Source: Verrucomicrobiia bacterium (GTDB lineage Bacteria > Verrucomicrobiota > Verrucomicrobiia > CAIQCK01). From it: a DNA stretch of 64,000 bases. The notes beneath the pieces were generated by a model. It made no database searches, was not told where the DNA came from, and was given only the letters and a program-made list of their open reading frames with translations. The position numbers and the translations under genes were made by a program. Each line of letters opens with the position of its first letter. The stretch's first letter is position 1. The stretch is from positions 1 through 64,000 of the forward strand of contig JBAYFL010000008.1 of assembly GCA_041667205.1 (NCBI GenBank), given 5' to 3'. Positions 18,926-28,728 of this stretch are shown one piece after another.

Positions 18926-21390
18926 GACGTTTCATCCAGCGTGAAGTAGAAAGTTGTGCCCTGATTCACCTGCGCCTCGGCCCATATCCGGCCTCCGTGG
19001 CGCTGAATGATGCGCTGCACGGTGGCCAGTCCAATGCCTGTGCCCGGAAATTCCGAGGCTTTGTGCATGCGTTGAAACGCGCCAAACAGTTTCTTGGCGA
19101 AAGCCATATCAAAACCCGCGCCATTGTCACGCACGAAATAGGCCGGGCGGTCCTTCACATACGTCAGCCCAAACTCAATGCGTGCCGCAGGCCGCTTGCT
19201 GGTAAACTTGACGGCGTTACCCAGCAGGTTGGTCAGCGCGATCCTCAGCAACCGCTCATCGCCCTGGCCCGTCAGCCCCTGCTGGATCACAAACTCCAGT
19301 TGCCGGTGCGGCAAGTCTTCCTGCAACCGGAGGACGATGCTCTCTGCCAGACCGGTAAGGTCCACGGGATTCGGCCGCATCTCGGCGCGAGTCACGCGGG
19401 ACAGCTTCAGCAGGTCGTCAATCAACTGGCCCATGCGTTGTGTTTCAGCACGGATGCGGCTCAGGTATTGGCGCGCACGCTCGTCCAGCCGCCCACTGTA
19501 GTCCTCCAACAACGCCAAGCTCCAGCCGTCAATGCCGCGCAACGGCGCCGTCAGGTCGTGCGACACCGAGTAAGCGAAGCTTTCCAACTCTTGGTTGGCG
19601 ACGGCAAGCTGGATGGTGCGATCCGCCACGCGTTGCTCCAGTTCCGTGTTGAGTTTGCGGATCTCCTCTTCCGCCAGTTTGCGGCCGGTAATGTCGAAGT
19701 TCACGCCCACGACATTGGTGACCTGACCTTTCTCGTCGGCGATCACACTCGCGGCCGCCTGGATGTGGCGGACCGTGCCGTCGCTCGCGCGAATGATGCG
19801 AAAGTTGAAGTATCCCGCCTTCTTCTCTGTGACAGCCCGGCGCATCTGGCGTTCGACCTGGGTCACGTCTTCCGCGTGGATCATCTCCGCCCATCGCGGG
19901 TAGGTCATGGGTTCTGTCATGAGAAGGCCATACATCTCGAACATCCGGTCGTCCCATGTGACCGCGTTGGAGATGACATCCCATTCCCAAACGCCCATCA
20001 CCGCGGCCTCAGTGGCCAGCGCCAGACGATGGCTGTAGGCCCGCAACTCTTGCTCCGCCTGTTTGCGCTCGGTGATGTCCACCAGAATGGACGCGATGAT
20101 GCCGGGGCCGGTCCGGAAAACGCGCACGTCGTAGAACCCGAAAACGCGCTCGTCCTTGTAGGGCATTTCGAAAGCCTGCGGTCCCAGTTCACCCCGGGCC
20201 ACTTTGCGGTGGATTTCAAGGATCTCCGTGTCCCGGAGGTTTGGGAACACTTCCTCGATTGTTTCTCCGACCAAATTCCGGTGATCCCTGCCGATGATGC
20301 GTCCGGCCGCCGGATTCGTTCCGGTGAGCAACAAACGCGAGTCGGATTCAAGGCGGTAGAAGTGCATCGCCGCGGGTGAAGATTCCACGATACTGCGGAA
20401 CTTCTCTTCCGACTCCCGCAGTGCTTCCTCAGCCCGTTGGCGTTCTGTAATCTCTTGCTTCAGTCCGTCGTTGGCCCGCGCCAAATCGGCGGTGCGCTCC
20501 AGAACACGGTGTTCCAGCGAGGCTTGCATCGTCCGCAACTGTTCAAACAGTTTGTCGAAGGCGACGCTGAGCACGTCAATCTCGTCACGCTCGTCCATCT
20601 CCTGCGGCGTCATCCGCGAAATCTCTGACGTGGCAGCGATTTCCCGGATGTGCCGCGCCATCAGCGACAACCGCCGCGACACCACGAGGTGGAACGCAAT
20701 GATGATCAGCCCGAACAGGAAGGCCAGCCACGTGGCCATGACCATCTGTTTCCAGCTCATCTCGGAAGCCATGGCCAAAGCCACCGTTTCAACGGGGATC
20801 GCAACCGTATCCAGTCCCGCCACGTCCCCGACCTCCCGGTGGAAGCCCGCCGTCGCGCCATATTGCTTCACCAACGCGGCGGGTGCGTCCTTCGGGTCGC
20901 CGTGGCAGCGCATACATTCCGCTTTCATCCGCCGAACCTTGAACTGCGCGACATAGCGCTGGCCGTTGATCTGAATCTGTTCGGTCTTCTGGCTGACTGT
21001 GGGGTTTCGGCGGAAGAAATCAATGGCCTGCAGTTCTTGCGGGGTGGCCTGATTGACCGGATTGCGTGGATTGTCGGAGACAAAACGAACGATGTAGCCG
21101 GGAAACTTCTTCTGGACTTTCTCGAAGACGCTTTGCGAGACGAACATGGGCGACATCATTTCGGGGATGTATTCCTTATTGCCCACAATCCTCTGGATGA
21201 CCGGGTGCATTGTCTCGGAAACGTATTCGCGGATGGCCAGGTTGAACTCCATCGCCATCGCTGCCTGCTGGCCAACCCGGTCGCTGGCGTGATGCTGACT
21301 CGTCACGTAGGTTTCGCGAAAAATAAAAATCGAGAACAGGATGGCGACGATGCCAAACGGCAGGAGAAACCGCATCGCGATGCTTCTCAT
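18922..21390 (-). CDS. sensor histidine kinase with periplasmic CXXCH (heme-c, Tll0287/DUF3365-like) sensor domain, PAS domains, HisKA, HATPase
   Basis: An N-terminal TM helix, then an extracytoplasmic domain of about 190 aa containing KAECMRCHGDPKD (CXXCH), then a second TM helix, HAMP-like and PAS/PAC modules, H-box SHDLTAPLRGI, and N/G boxes. Confidence 0.8.
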   Translation of the reverse strand: MRSIAMRFLLPFGIVAILFSIFIFRETYVTSQHHASDRVGQQAAMAMEFNLAIREYVSETMHPVIQRIVGNKEYIPEMMSPMFVSQSVFEKVQKKFPGYIVRFVSDNPRNPVNQATPQELQAIDFFRRNPTVSQKTEQIQINGQRYVAQFKVRRMKAECMRCHGDPKDAPAALVKQYGATAGFHREVGDVAGLDTVAIPVETVALAMASEMSWKQMVMATWLAFLFGLIIIAFHLVVSRRLSLMARHIREIAATSEISRMTPQEMDERDEIDVLSVAFDKLFEQLRTMQASLEHRVLERTADLARANDGLKQEITERQRAEEALRESEEKFRSIVESSPAAMHFYRLESDSRLLLTGTNPAAGRIIGRDHRNLVGETIEEVFPNLRDTEILEIHRKVARGELGPQAFEMPYKDERVFGFYDVRVFRTGPGIIASILVDITERKQAEQELRAYSHRLALATEAAVMGVWEWDVISNAVTWDDRMFEMYGLLMTEPMTYPRWAEMIHAEDVTQVERQMRRAVTEKKAGYFNFRIIRASDGTVRHIQAAASVIADEKGQVTNVVGVNFDITGRKLAEEEIRKLNTELEQRVADRTIQLAVANQELESFAYSVSHDLTAPLRGIDGWSLALLEDYSGRLDERARQYLSRIRAETQRMGQLIDDLLKLSRVTRAEMRPNPVDLTGLAESIVLRLQEDLPHRQLEFVIQQGLTGQGDERLLRIALTNLLGNAVKFTSKRPAARIEFGLTYVKDRPAYFVRDNGAGFDMAFAKKLFGAFQRMHKASEFPGTGIGLATVQRIIQRHGGRIWAEAQVNQGTTFYFTLDETS

Positions 21391-21484
21391 AGTCCAACCT
21401 CCTCAACATCCGCAATCACCCGGCGGAATGGCCACGTCATTGCAACTCGAAACATTTCCACGACTCTCCATGTGGCGCCATGAG

Positions 21485-21934
21485 CTACTGTTTCCATTTG
21501 GGCAACGGCAACTCGTTCAGCAACAGCCAGTAAAAACCCAGTTGCTGGACAGCTTCCGTGAATTCGGTGAAGTCCACCGGTTTGCGAACGTAACTGTTCG
21601 CGCCCAAGCTGTAGCTCTGGGTCAGGTCTTGCTCTTCCTGCGACGAGGAAAGAATGACGACTGGCAGGAGCCGGGTCCGCTCATCGGCGCGGATGCGGCG
21701 GAGCACGTCCAACCCCGATACCTTGGGCAGCTTCAGGTCCAAAAACACGACCGCAGGCATCTGGGTCGTGTCGCGTTTGGCGTGGACGCCGGTGCCATAG
21801 AGATAGTCCAAGGCCTCGGCCCCGTCCCTCACCACCACGAGCTTGTTGATCAGGTTGATCTTGGTGAACACGCGTTTGACAAGTTGTTCGTCGTCAGCGG
21901 TGTCCTCGACCAAAAGGATCGTTGTGCCTTTCAT
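21485..21934 (-). CDS. single-domain response regulator (CheY-like receiver)
   Basis: 149 aa and a paralog of 18470..18925 (ILLVEDTADDEQL...VVFLDLKLPKVSGLDVL). Confidence 0.85.
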   Translation of the reverse strand: MKGTTILLVEDTADDEQLVKRVFTKINLINKLVVVRDGAEALDYLYGTGVHAKRDTTQMPAVVFLDLKLPKVSGLDVLRRIRADERTRLLPVVILSSSQEEQDLTQSYSLGANSYVRKPVDFTEFTEAVQQLGFYWLLLNELPLPKWKQ

Positions 21935-21956
21935 GTTGTTGACTCCTTCCTATGTG

Positions 21957-23087
21957 TCATGCCGGTGGAGGCAAGGTAAAGAAAAACGTCGCGCCCTGAC
22001 CCAGCGCGCCCTCCGCCCGCACCTTGCCGCCGTGCCGGTGAATGATGCGTTGCACCGTGGCCAGGCCGATGCCCGAACCGGGAAACTCGCTGGTGGTGTG
22101 CAACCGCTGGAACGCGCCGAAGAGTTTGTCCGCGTAGGCCATCTCGAAACCCGCGCCATTGTCGCGGACGAAATACTCGGTCGGGCCTTCCGCCTGACGC
22201 GAGACACCAAACTCGACGCGGGCACTGGCCTGCTTGCCCGTGAACTTCCATGCGTTGTCCAGCAGGTTCTCCAACGCCACCCGCAGCAGACGTTCATCGC
22301 CAATGACTTCCAGCCCGGCCGGGCAGCGAAACTCGACCTCGCGTTTCGGCCCGCGCTCGCGAAGCTCCGCCACGACCGTCTGCGCCAGCGCGCTCAGGCT
22401 GACCTTCTCCCGGCGCATTTCCCTGCGCGACGTGTGGGAGAGCGCCAGCAAGCCGTCTATCAACTGGCCCATGCGCTGGGCTGCCGCCCGGATGCGCTGA
22501 AGGTAATCCTTCGCCTGCTGGTCGAACTTGTCGCCCCAGTCATCGAGCAGCGCCTTGCTGAAACCGTCCATCGCCCGCAGCGGCGCCCGCAAATCGTGCG
22601 AGACCGAGTAGGAAAACGACTCGATCTCTTTCATCGCGGTCTGCAATTCCGACGTGCGTTCGAGGACGCGCTGTTCGAGCGTCTCGTTCAACCGACGGAT
22701 TTCTTCCTCCGTCTGATGTTTGTAGAGCGCCATTTCGATAACCGTCTTCAATTCGCGGTCTTTGAACGGTTTGAGAATGTAACCGAACGGCTCCGTCACC
22801 TTGGCCCGCTCCACCGTCGTGTCATCCGCGTAGGCCGTCAGATACACCACCGCCAGATGCCACCGCTGCCGCATCTGCTGCGCTGCCTCGATGCCGTCCA
22901 TCGCCCCTTCCAACCGGATATCCATCAACACCAAGTCGGGCAACATTTGTCCCGCCAGCGTCAAGGCTTTCTCGCCACTGGACGCTGAGCCGACCACCTT
23001 GCAGCCCAGCATCTCCAGACGCATCTTCAGGTCGGCCGCCACGATGGGCTCGTCTTCAACAACCAGGACTCGCGCTTGCTCATTCAT
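21957..23087 (-). CDS. hybrid response regulator-histidine kinase (REC-HisKA-HATPase)
   Basis: The receiver is nearly identical to that of 14149..15132, and is followed by H-box SHDLRAPLRAM and N/G boxes. It overlaps the upstream kinase stop by 4 nt. Confidence 0.85.
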   Translation of the reverse strand: MNEQARVLVVEDEPIVAADLKMRLEMLGCKVVGSASSGEKALTLAGQMLPDLVLMDIRLEGAMDGIEAAQQMRQRWHLAVVYLTAYADDTTVERAKVTEPFGYILKPFKDRELKTVIEMALYKHQTEEEIRRLNETLEQRVLERTSELQTAMKEIESFSYSVSHDLRAPLRAMDGFSKALLDDWGDKFDQQAKDYLQRIRAAAQRMGQLIDGLLALSHTSRREMRREKVSLSALAQTVVAELRERGPKREVEFRCPAGLEVIGDERLLRVALENLLDNAWKFTGKQASARVEFGVSRQAEGPTEYFVRDNGAGFEMAYADKLFGAFQRLHTTSEFPGSGIGLATVQRIIHRHGGKVRAEGALGQGATFFFTLPPPA

Positions 23088-25417
23088 AAACGTTCTTCTC
23101 CGTATTTTGCCTGAAACGCGATGCGAAAGACAGTCCCTTGATTCTGGCCCACATCCACCGTGCCGTGCAACTTCTCCGCCAGCATGAACACCAACTGATG
23201 ACCCAGAGTGCTCGTCTGGCGGATATCCTGTCCCGGAGGCAAGCCCACGCCGTCATCAGCAACCTTCAAAACAACATGGCCTTCCGGTGTCGCCTGCAAT
23301 TCGACCGCGATCTTCCCAGGTCGTCCGCCGGGAAAGGCGTGTTTCAGCGCGTTGGAAACCAGTTCGTTAACGATCAGGCCGCAAGAGACCGTCTGGTCCA
23401 AGTCAATGGCTACGTTCTCCAAATGTGGCTCCAGCTTGATATGCGCTGCCTTCGGCCCGTAGGAGCGAAAGAGGTGGCTGCATACATCCTCGATGTAGTG
23501 GGCGAAGTTCACTCGCGCCAGGCTTTGCGAAAGGTAAAGCGTTTCATGCAGCAGGGCCATCGAGCGGACGCGATTGGCGGTTTCCTGCATGGCATCGAGC
23601 GCCTCCGGGTTCTTGATGCGCACGGCATGGAGGTTCAGGAGGCTGATCACGATTTGAAGGTTATTCTTCACGCGGTGATGCACCTCTTTCAAGAGGACGG
23701 TCTTCTCCTTGAGAGAAGCCCGGATCGCATCCTCCGCCCGCTTCTGTTCGGTAATGTCCTGCACGGTGCCCGCGGATCGAATGGGCCGGCCTTGTGAATC
23801 ATAGAAGGTTTCCGCCCGCTCGCGGACATGTTTCACCCGACCATCCGGCATGAGCAGACGATGCGTGATGTCGTAGGGGATCTTGTTGTTGACCGAATCA
23901 TCGAAGGTCTGTTGAACCATTTCCCTGTCTTCCGGGTGGACTGCCTTCCGAAACACCTCATACAATGCACCGGGAACCCCGTGGTCCACCTCGAAAATGC
24001 GATAGATCTCATCCGTCCAGATCAGCTTGCTGGTGACGAGGTCCGCCTCCCAACTGCCGATGTGTCCGATGCGCTGGGCTTCAATCAGGCGCGCTTCGCT
24101 CGTCCGTAACGCCTCCTCAACCCGCTTGCGCTCGGTGACGTCGCTCAACACACCATCCGTGCTCATCAGATGCCCCTCCTCACAAACCGGCATCCAGCGG
24201 TCTTCGATGCACTTCAGAGTTCCGTCTTTGCAGCGCCACCATTCCTCGTCACGAATCGCGACCCTGTCCGCCGGCTGCAGTTTCAACTGCTCAAACCGTC
24301 TCTTCTGCTCGTCAAATCTTCCCTTGTAGATCACCCGTGACAAGAAAACGACGCGCCCTCCCATGTTCTGGATGTCTTCCAAGGTGTATCCGAACATCTT
24401 CTCAAACGCCGGGCTGAGGTAGCGAAACTCGTGCGTCCGCGCATCCACGCTGTAGATCGCATCCTCAATGTGCGCGGCGATTCGTTGGAACTTCTCCTCA
24501 CTCTCGCGCAACGCCGCCTCAATCCGCTTGCGATCGGTGATGTTGAACAGCGTGGTCCGGCTCGCCACAAAGTTGCCCTTGTCATCCTGAATGGCCGTCG
24601 AGTTCAGCAACACCGGCAGCACCGTGCCGCCTTTCCGAATCAACTCCGTCTCGATGTCGCTAACCCACCCGCGCTCCTTCAGCACGGGAAATGTCCGCTC
24701 GTAAACCTGCAAGCCCGCGGGCGTGAGCAGGTCGGTCAGTTTCATCTTCCCGACGACCTCCTCCCGTTCATACCCGATCCACTTGAGTTCGGTGTCATTG
24801 ATCCGGATGAAGACGCCCTCTTTGTCCAGCGAGTGATAGCCGCACGGCGCGTTGTCGTAGAGGTCCTGGATAACCCGGGACGATTCCTTCAGCAGTTCCT
24901 CCGCCTGCTTGCGTTCGGTGATGTCCTGGACCGTGCCGATGAACCGCGTGGGCCGGCCCGTCACAGAATCACAAACGAACTCGGCATGTTCGTGGACGAT
25001 GCGCCCCGCCCCGTCGGGACGCAGAATGCGGTGTTCAACATCATAGCGTTTATGTTCGCGGAGCGCCGTTTGGACTTCGGCCCACACCCTGGCCCGATCT
25101 TCCGGCGCAATGGCGTTGCCAAACAATTCATGTGTCACCTGCACCGCGCCCGGCTCGTAACCGAAAATGCGGAACGTTTCATCCGACCACCACAGCGAAT
25201 TCTGCGAGAAGTCATCCGGGTTTCGCAACTCCGCCTCCCAACTGCCCACGTGCGCGATGCGTTGCGCGGCGGCCAGGTGGGTTTCGGTGCGGCGCACTGC
25301 CTCCTCGGCTCGCTTGCGTCTGGAAAACCCCTTCTTAATCTTGAAGGCTGCCCGGTTCGGTCGAGACGAAGGAGTCTCTCGCAAAACGCTTCCGCCGGCT
25401 TTGGATGAAGCCTTCAT
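23084..25417 (-). CDS. multi-PAS sensor histidine kinase (HisKA_2/HWE-type), paralog of 15138..18473
   Basis: PAS/PAC repeats, then HHRVKNNLQIVISLLNLH and a C-terminus about 85% identical to the other PAS kinase. The start is uncertain: the ATG at 25417 is chosen to avoid overlapping the divergent GH78 gene, though the ORF extends to 25783. Confidence 0.75.
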   Translation of the reverse strand: MKASSKAGGSVLRETPSSRPNRAAFKIKKGFSRRKRAEEAVRRTETHLAAAQRIAHVGSWEAELRNPDDFSQNSLWWSDETFRIFGYEPGAVQVTHELFGNAIAPEDRARVWAEVQTALREHKRYDVEHRILRPDGAGRIVHEHAEFVCDSVTGRPTRFIGTVQDITERKQAEELLKESSRVIQDLYDNAPCGYHSLDKEGVFIRINDTELKWIGYEREEVVGKMKLTDLLTPAGLQVYERTFPVLKERGWVSDIETELIRKGGTVLPVLLNSTAIQDDKGNFVASRTTLFNITDRKRIEAALRESEEKFQRIAAHIEDAIYSVDARTHEFRYLSPAFEKMFGYTLEDIQNMGGRVVFLSRVIYKGRFDEQKRRFEQLKLQPADRVAIRDEEWWRCKDGTLKCIEDRWMPVCEEGHLMSTDGVLSDVTERKRVEEALRTSEARLIEAQRIGHIGSWEADLVTSKLIWTDEIYRIFEVDHGVPGALYEVFRKAVHPEDREMVQQTFDDSVNNKIPYDITHRLLMPDGRVKHVRERAETFYDSQGRPIRSAGTVQDITEQKRAEDAIRASLKEKTVLLKEVHHRVKNNLQIVISLLNLHAVRIKNPEALDAMQETANRVRSMALLHETLYLSQSLARVNFAHYIEDVCSHLFRSYGPKAAHIKLEPHLENVAIDLDQTVSCGLIVNELVSNALKHAFPGGRPGKIAVELQATPEGHVVLKVADDGVGLPPGQDIRQTSTLGHQLVFMLAEKLHGTVDVGQNQGTVFRIAFQAKYGEERL

Positions 25418-25565
25418 TGGGTTCCGCAGGTTGCCATGCGCTAGCCTTAACGAAAACGAAAAAACGGCAAGCTTAATCTGCCTGTCGTTTCCGGCCGGCT
25501 TGTTTCGCGCTCCCTTGTCTTCCGTCGGATTGACTTGGCAAAGGCGGGCGGGTATTCGATGAAGC

Positions 25566-28010
25566 ATGAAGCTTGGCATCTTACGATACTTCGTGTTGGT
25601 CTTCTCTCTGGCCACGTCCATATCATGCTCGTTGTCCGCTGCGGTCGGCGACGCAACTGCGCCATCGTTTGTCGCGGCCAGACCGATCTGGCCGAAGGGG
25701 CGTGAGACGGAGAAGAATCTGTTCGTCGGATTTCGCGCCAGCTTCCAAGCACCGGCCAAGGGGCGCGTGTGGCTGCGCGCCACAGGCTCGACGTTGTATC
25801 GGGTATGGCTGAACGGCGAGTTCCTCGCGCACGGGCCGGCCCGCGCGGCGCACGGCTTCTATCGCGTGGACGAACTCGACATCACGAGCCGGCTCAAGCC
25901 CGGCGCGAACCTCGTTGCGCTCGAGGTCGCCGGCTACAACGTGAACAGCTTCTACCTGCTCGACCAGCCGTCGTTCCTGCAAGCGGAGGTGGTCGCCGAC
26001 GGCAAGGTGCTGGCGAGCACCGGCGGCGCGGGCTGGGCGTTTGAGGCGACGGTGCTGCGCGAGCGCGTGCAGAAGGTGCAGCGTTATAGCTTTCAGCGGC
26101 CGTTCACGGAGGTCTATCGCCTCGCGCCGAGCTGTGATGCTTGGCGACGGGATGCGGCGGCGCGTGTGGAAACGGCGAAGTGCGCGGTGATGCCGGCGAA
26201 GGCGTTGCTGCTGCGGCGGATCGCGCAGCCGGACTACGTGCTGCGCCAGCCGTCGTGGCGCGTGTCGGGCGGCGAGTTGCGGACCGGCGTGACGGTGGCG
26301 AAGCCTTGGAAGGACCGTTCGCTCACCGGCATCGGGCCGAAGCTCGGCGGTTATCTCGAAAAGGAGTTGGAGACGATTCCGTCGCTGGAATTGCAAACCG
26401 TCGCCAACGCCAGCAGCACGCCGATCAACCAGCCGTATGCGCCCGGCCAGTCGCTGTCGCTGCGCGCGAACGGCTACGAGATCGCCGACTTCGGCTGCAA
26501 CCTCACCGGCTTCATCGGCGCGCGCGTCAACTGCCGCGGCAAGACGCGGCTCGTGCTCGCTTTCGACGAGATTCTTTCCAACGGCGACGTGGACTTCAAA
26601 CGGCTGGGCTGCGTCAACGCCGTTGTCTGGGAACTGGAGCCGGGCAGCTACGAACTGGAGTCGTTCGAGCCTTACACGCTGCGTTACCTGAAGCTCATGT
26701 CGCTCGGCGGCGATTGCGCCGTGGAGCGGCTCTGGCTGCGCGAGTTTGTCTCCGCGGGCGTCGGCCAGGCGCAGTTCGCGGCAAGCGACGAGCGGTTCAA
26801 CCGCCTCTTCGCGGCCGGGCGCGAGACGTTCCGCCAGAACTCGCTCGACATCTTCATGGATTGCCCGTCGCGCGAGCGGGCGGGCTGGCTCTGCGACAGC
26901 TTCTTCACGGCGCGCGTGGCGCTCGACCTCTGCGGCGACACGCGGATCGAGCGATGCTTCCTGGAGAACTTCCAGTTGCCGGCGAAGTTCGTGCATCTGC
27001 CGGATGGGATGCTGCCGATGTGCTATCCGGCCGACCATTACAACGGCCAGTTCATCCCGAACTGGGCGCTCTGGTTCGTCGTGGAACTGGACGAATACCT
27101 TGCCCGCAGCGGCGACCGCGCGCTCGTGGACGCGTTGCGCGGGCGTGTGCTGAAGTTGTTCGAGTTCTTCAAGCAATACCGCAACGAGGACGGCCTGCTG
27201 GAGAAACTGCCGAGCTGGGTCTTCGTCGAGTGGAGCAAGGCCAACAGCTTCGTGCAGGACGTGAACTATCCGTCGAACATGCTCTACGCCGCCGCGATGG
27301 CCGCTGCCGGCCGGATGTATGGCGTCGAGGACATGGTGCGCGAGGCCGGGCGCATCCGCGAGACGGTTCGCAAGCAGTCGTTCGACGGCGAGTTCTTCGT
27401 GGACAACGCCGTGCGCAAGGACGGCAAGCTCGCCGTCACGCGCAACCGCACGGAGGTCTGCCAATACTTCGCCTTCTTCTTCGACGTGGCCTCGCCGCAG
27501 TCGCACGCGAAGCTCTGGCGGACGCTCGTGACCGACTTCGGCCCGCAGCGCAAGCAGACCAAGGCCCACGCCGACGTGCATCCGGCGAACGCGTTCATCG
27601 GCAACGTGCTGCGGCTGGAACTGCTCTCGCGCAACGGCCTCTGCCAGCAACTGCTCGACGAGTCGCTCGCCTACCATCTCTACATGGCCGACCGCACCGG
27701 CACGCTCTGGGAGAACGACGGCGCCTACGCAAGCTGCAACCACGGATTCGCCTCGCACTGCGGCGTCCACGTGCTCTACCGCGACGTGCTCGGCCTGCAC
27801 GACGTGGACACGGTGAAGAAGACGGTCGCGCTGCGGTTCAGCGACTTGAAGCTCGACTGGTGCGAAGGCGTTCTCCCGACGCCGGACGGCCCGGTGACGC
27901 TGCGCTGGCGCAAGGACAGCGGCAAGCTCCTCTACCAACTCACAACACCCGCCGGCTACGCCGTCACGGTGAAAAACCTCAGCGCCCTCGAACTAGTCCG
28001 ACAACCGTGA
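25566..28010 (+). CDS. alpha-L-rhamnosidase family glycoside hydrolase (GH78-like), secreted
   Basis: Signal peptide MKLGILRYFVLVFSLATSISC, and an (alpha/alpha)6 catalytic-domain signature DCPSRERAGWLCD typical of Bac_rhamnosid6H. 814 aa. Confidence 0.72.
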   Translation: MKLGILRYFVLVFSLATSISCSLSAAVGDATAPSFVAARPIWPKGRETEKNLFVGFRASFQAPAKGRVWLRATGSTLYRVWLNGEFLAHGPARAAHGFYRVDELDITSRLKPGANLVALEVAGYNVNSFYLLDQPSFLQAEVVADGKVLASTGGAGWAFEATVLRERVQKVQRYSFQRPFTEVYRLAPSCDAWRRDAAARVETAKCAVMPAKALLLRRIAQPDYVLRQPSWRVSGGELRTGVTVAKPWKDRSLTGIGPKLGGYLEKELETIPSLELQTVANASSTPINQPYAPGQSLSLRANGYEIADFGCNLTGFIGARVNCRGKTRLVLAFDEILSNGDVDFKRLGCVNAVVWELEPGSYELESFEPYTLRYLKLMSLGGDCAVERLWLREFVSAGVGQAQFAASDERFNRLFAAGRETFRQNSLDIFMDCPSRERAGWLCDSFFTARVALDLCGDTRIERCFLENFQLPAKFVHLPDGMLPMCYPADHYNGQFIPNWALWFVVELDEYLARSGDRALVDALRGRVLKLFEFFKQYRNEDGLLEKLPSWVFVEWSKANSFVQDVNYPSNMLYAAAMAAAGRMYGVEDMVREAGRIRETVRKQSFDGEFFVDNAVRKDGKLAVTRNRTEVCQYFAFFFDVASPQSHAKLWRTLVTDFGPQRKQTKAHADVHPANAFIGNVLRLELLSRNGLCQQLLDESLAYHLYMADRTGTLWENDGAYASCNHGFASHCGVHVLYRDVLGLHDVDTVKKTVALRFSDLKLDWCEGVLPTPDGPVTLRWRKDSGKLLYQLTTPAGYAVTVKNLSALELVRQP

Positions 28011-28110
28011 GGTTTTTCGTTGTGATTCATGGTTTGAACTCCGATGATGCTTTTGGTTCCACTGGATCAGGTGCAGTGAACCGCCTGATGTAACACAGTG
28101 GCGGTGAGTC

Positions 28111-28728
28111 ATGGCAGCGACGAACGACATCTCCGTGACAGACCTGCTGGCGCGCGCGCGGACCGGCGATGAGCGCGCGGCGAACGAGCTTTTCGCGCGC
28201 TGCCGCAACTACCTCGCCGTCGTCGCGCGGGCGCAAGTTGAGAGCTGGCTTCGCGCCAAGGCTGACGCCTCCGACCTCGTGCAGGAAACGCTCGTGGAGG
28301 CGAACCGTGACCTCCGGCAGTTCCGCGGCACGACCGAGGCCGAGTGGCTCGCGTGGCTCCGGCAAATCCTCTCCCGCAACGCCGCCGATTTCGTCCGACG
28401 TTATCGCGGCACCGACAAACGCCAGCAGCGGCTCGAAGTTCCGCTCGCGCCACTGCCAGATCACTCGTCGCTCGCCGCCGGCCTCGAGCCGCGCGACACC
28501 GGCGAAACGCCGACGCAACAAATCATGCGGCTGGAGCGCGAGATTCAGATCGCCGACGCGCTCACGCGGCTGGAGCCGGATTACCAGGAGATCATCATCC
28601 TGCGAAACCTGGAGCGGCTGCCGTTCGAGGAGGTCGCGCAGCGCATGAACCGCTCCCGCCCCGCCGCGCAGATGCTCTGGATGCGCGCGGTGAAGAAATT
28701 GCATGAGGAGATGAAACGTGGCGGCTGA
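28111..28728 (+). CDS. ECF-type sigma-70 family sigma factor
   Basis: Region 2 (DASDLVQETLVEANRDLRQFRG) and a region 4 HTH (QEIIILRNLERLPFEEVAQRMNRSRPAAQMLWMRAVKKL). It overlaps the downstream kinase gene by 11 nt. Confidence 0.82.
   Translation: MAATNDISVTDLLARARTGDERAANELFARCRNYLAVVARAQVESWLRAKADASDLVQETLVEANRDLRQFRGTTEAEWLAWLRQILSRNAADFVRRYRGTDKRQQRLEVPLAPLPDHSSLAAGLEPRDTGETPTQQIMRLEREIQIADALTRLEPDYQEIIILRNLERLPFEEVAQRMNRSRPAAQMLWMRAVKKLHEEMKRGG

Noticed and set aside
25623-27938. 771-aa ORF on the minus strand, antisense to the GH78 gene
   Set aside because: Arg/Ala-rich low-complexity translation typical of antisense frames in high-GC DNA. The + strand product has a signal peptide and GH78 motifs.
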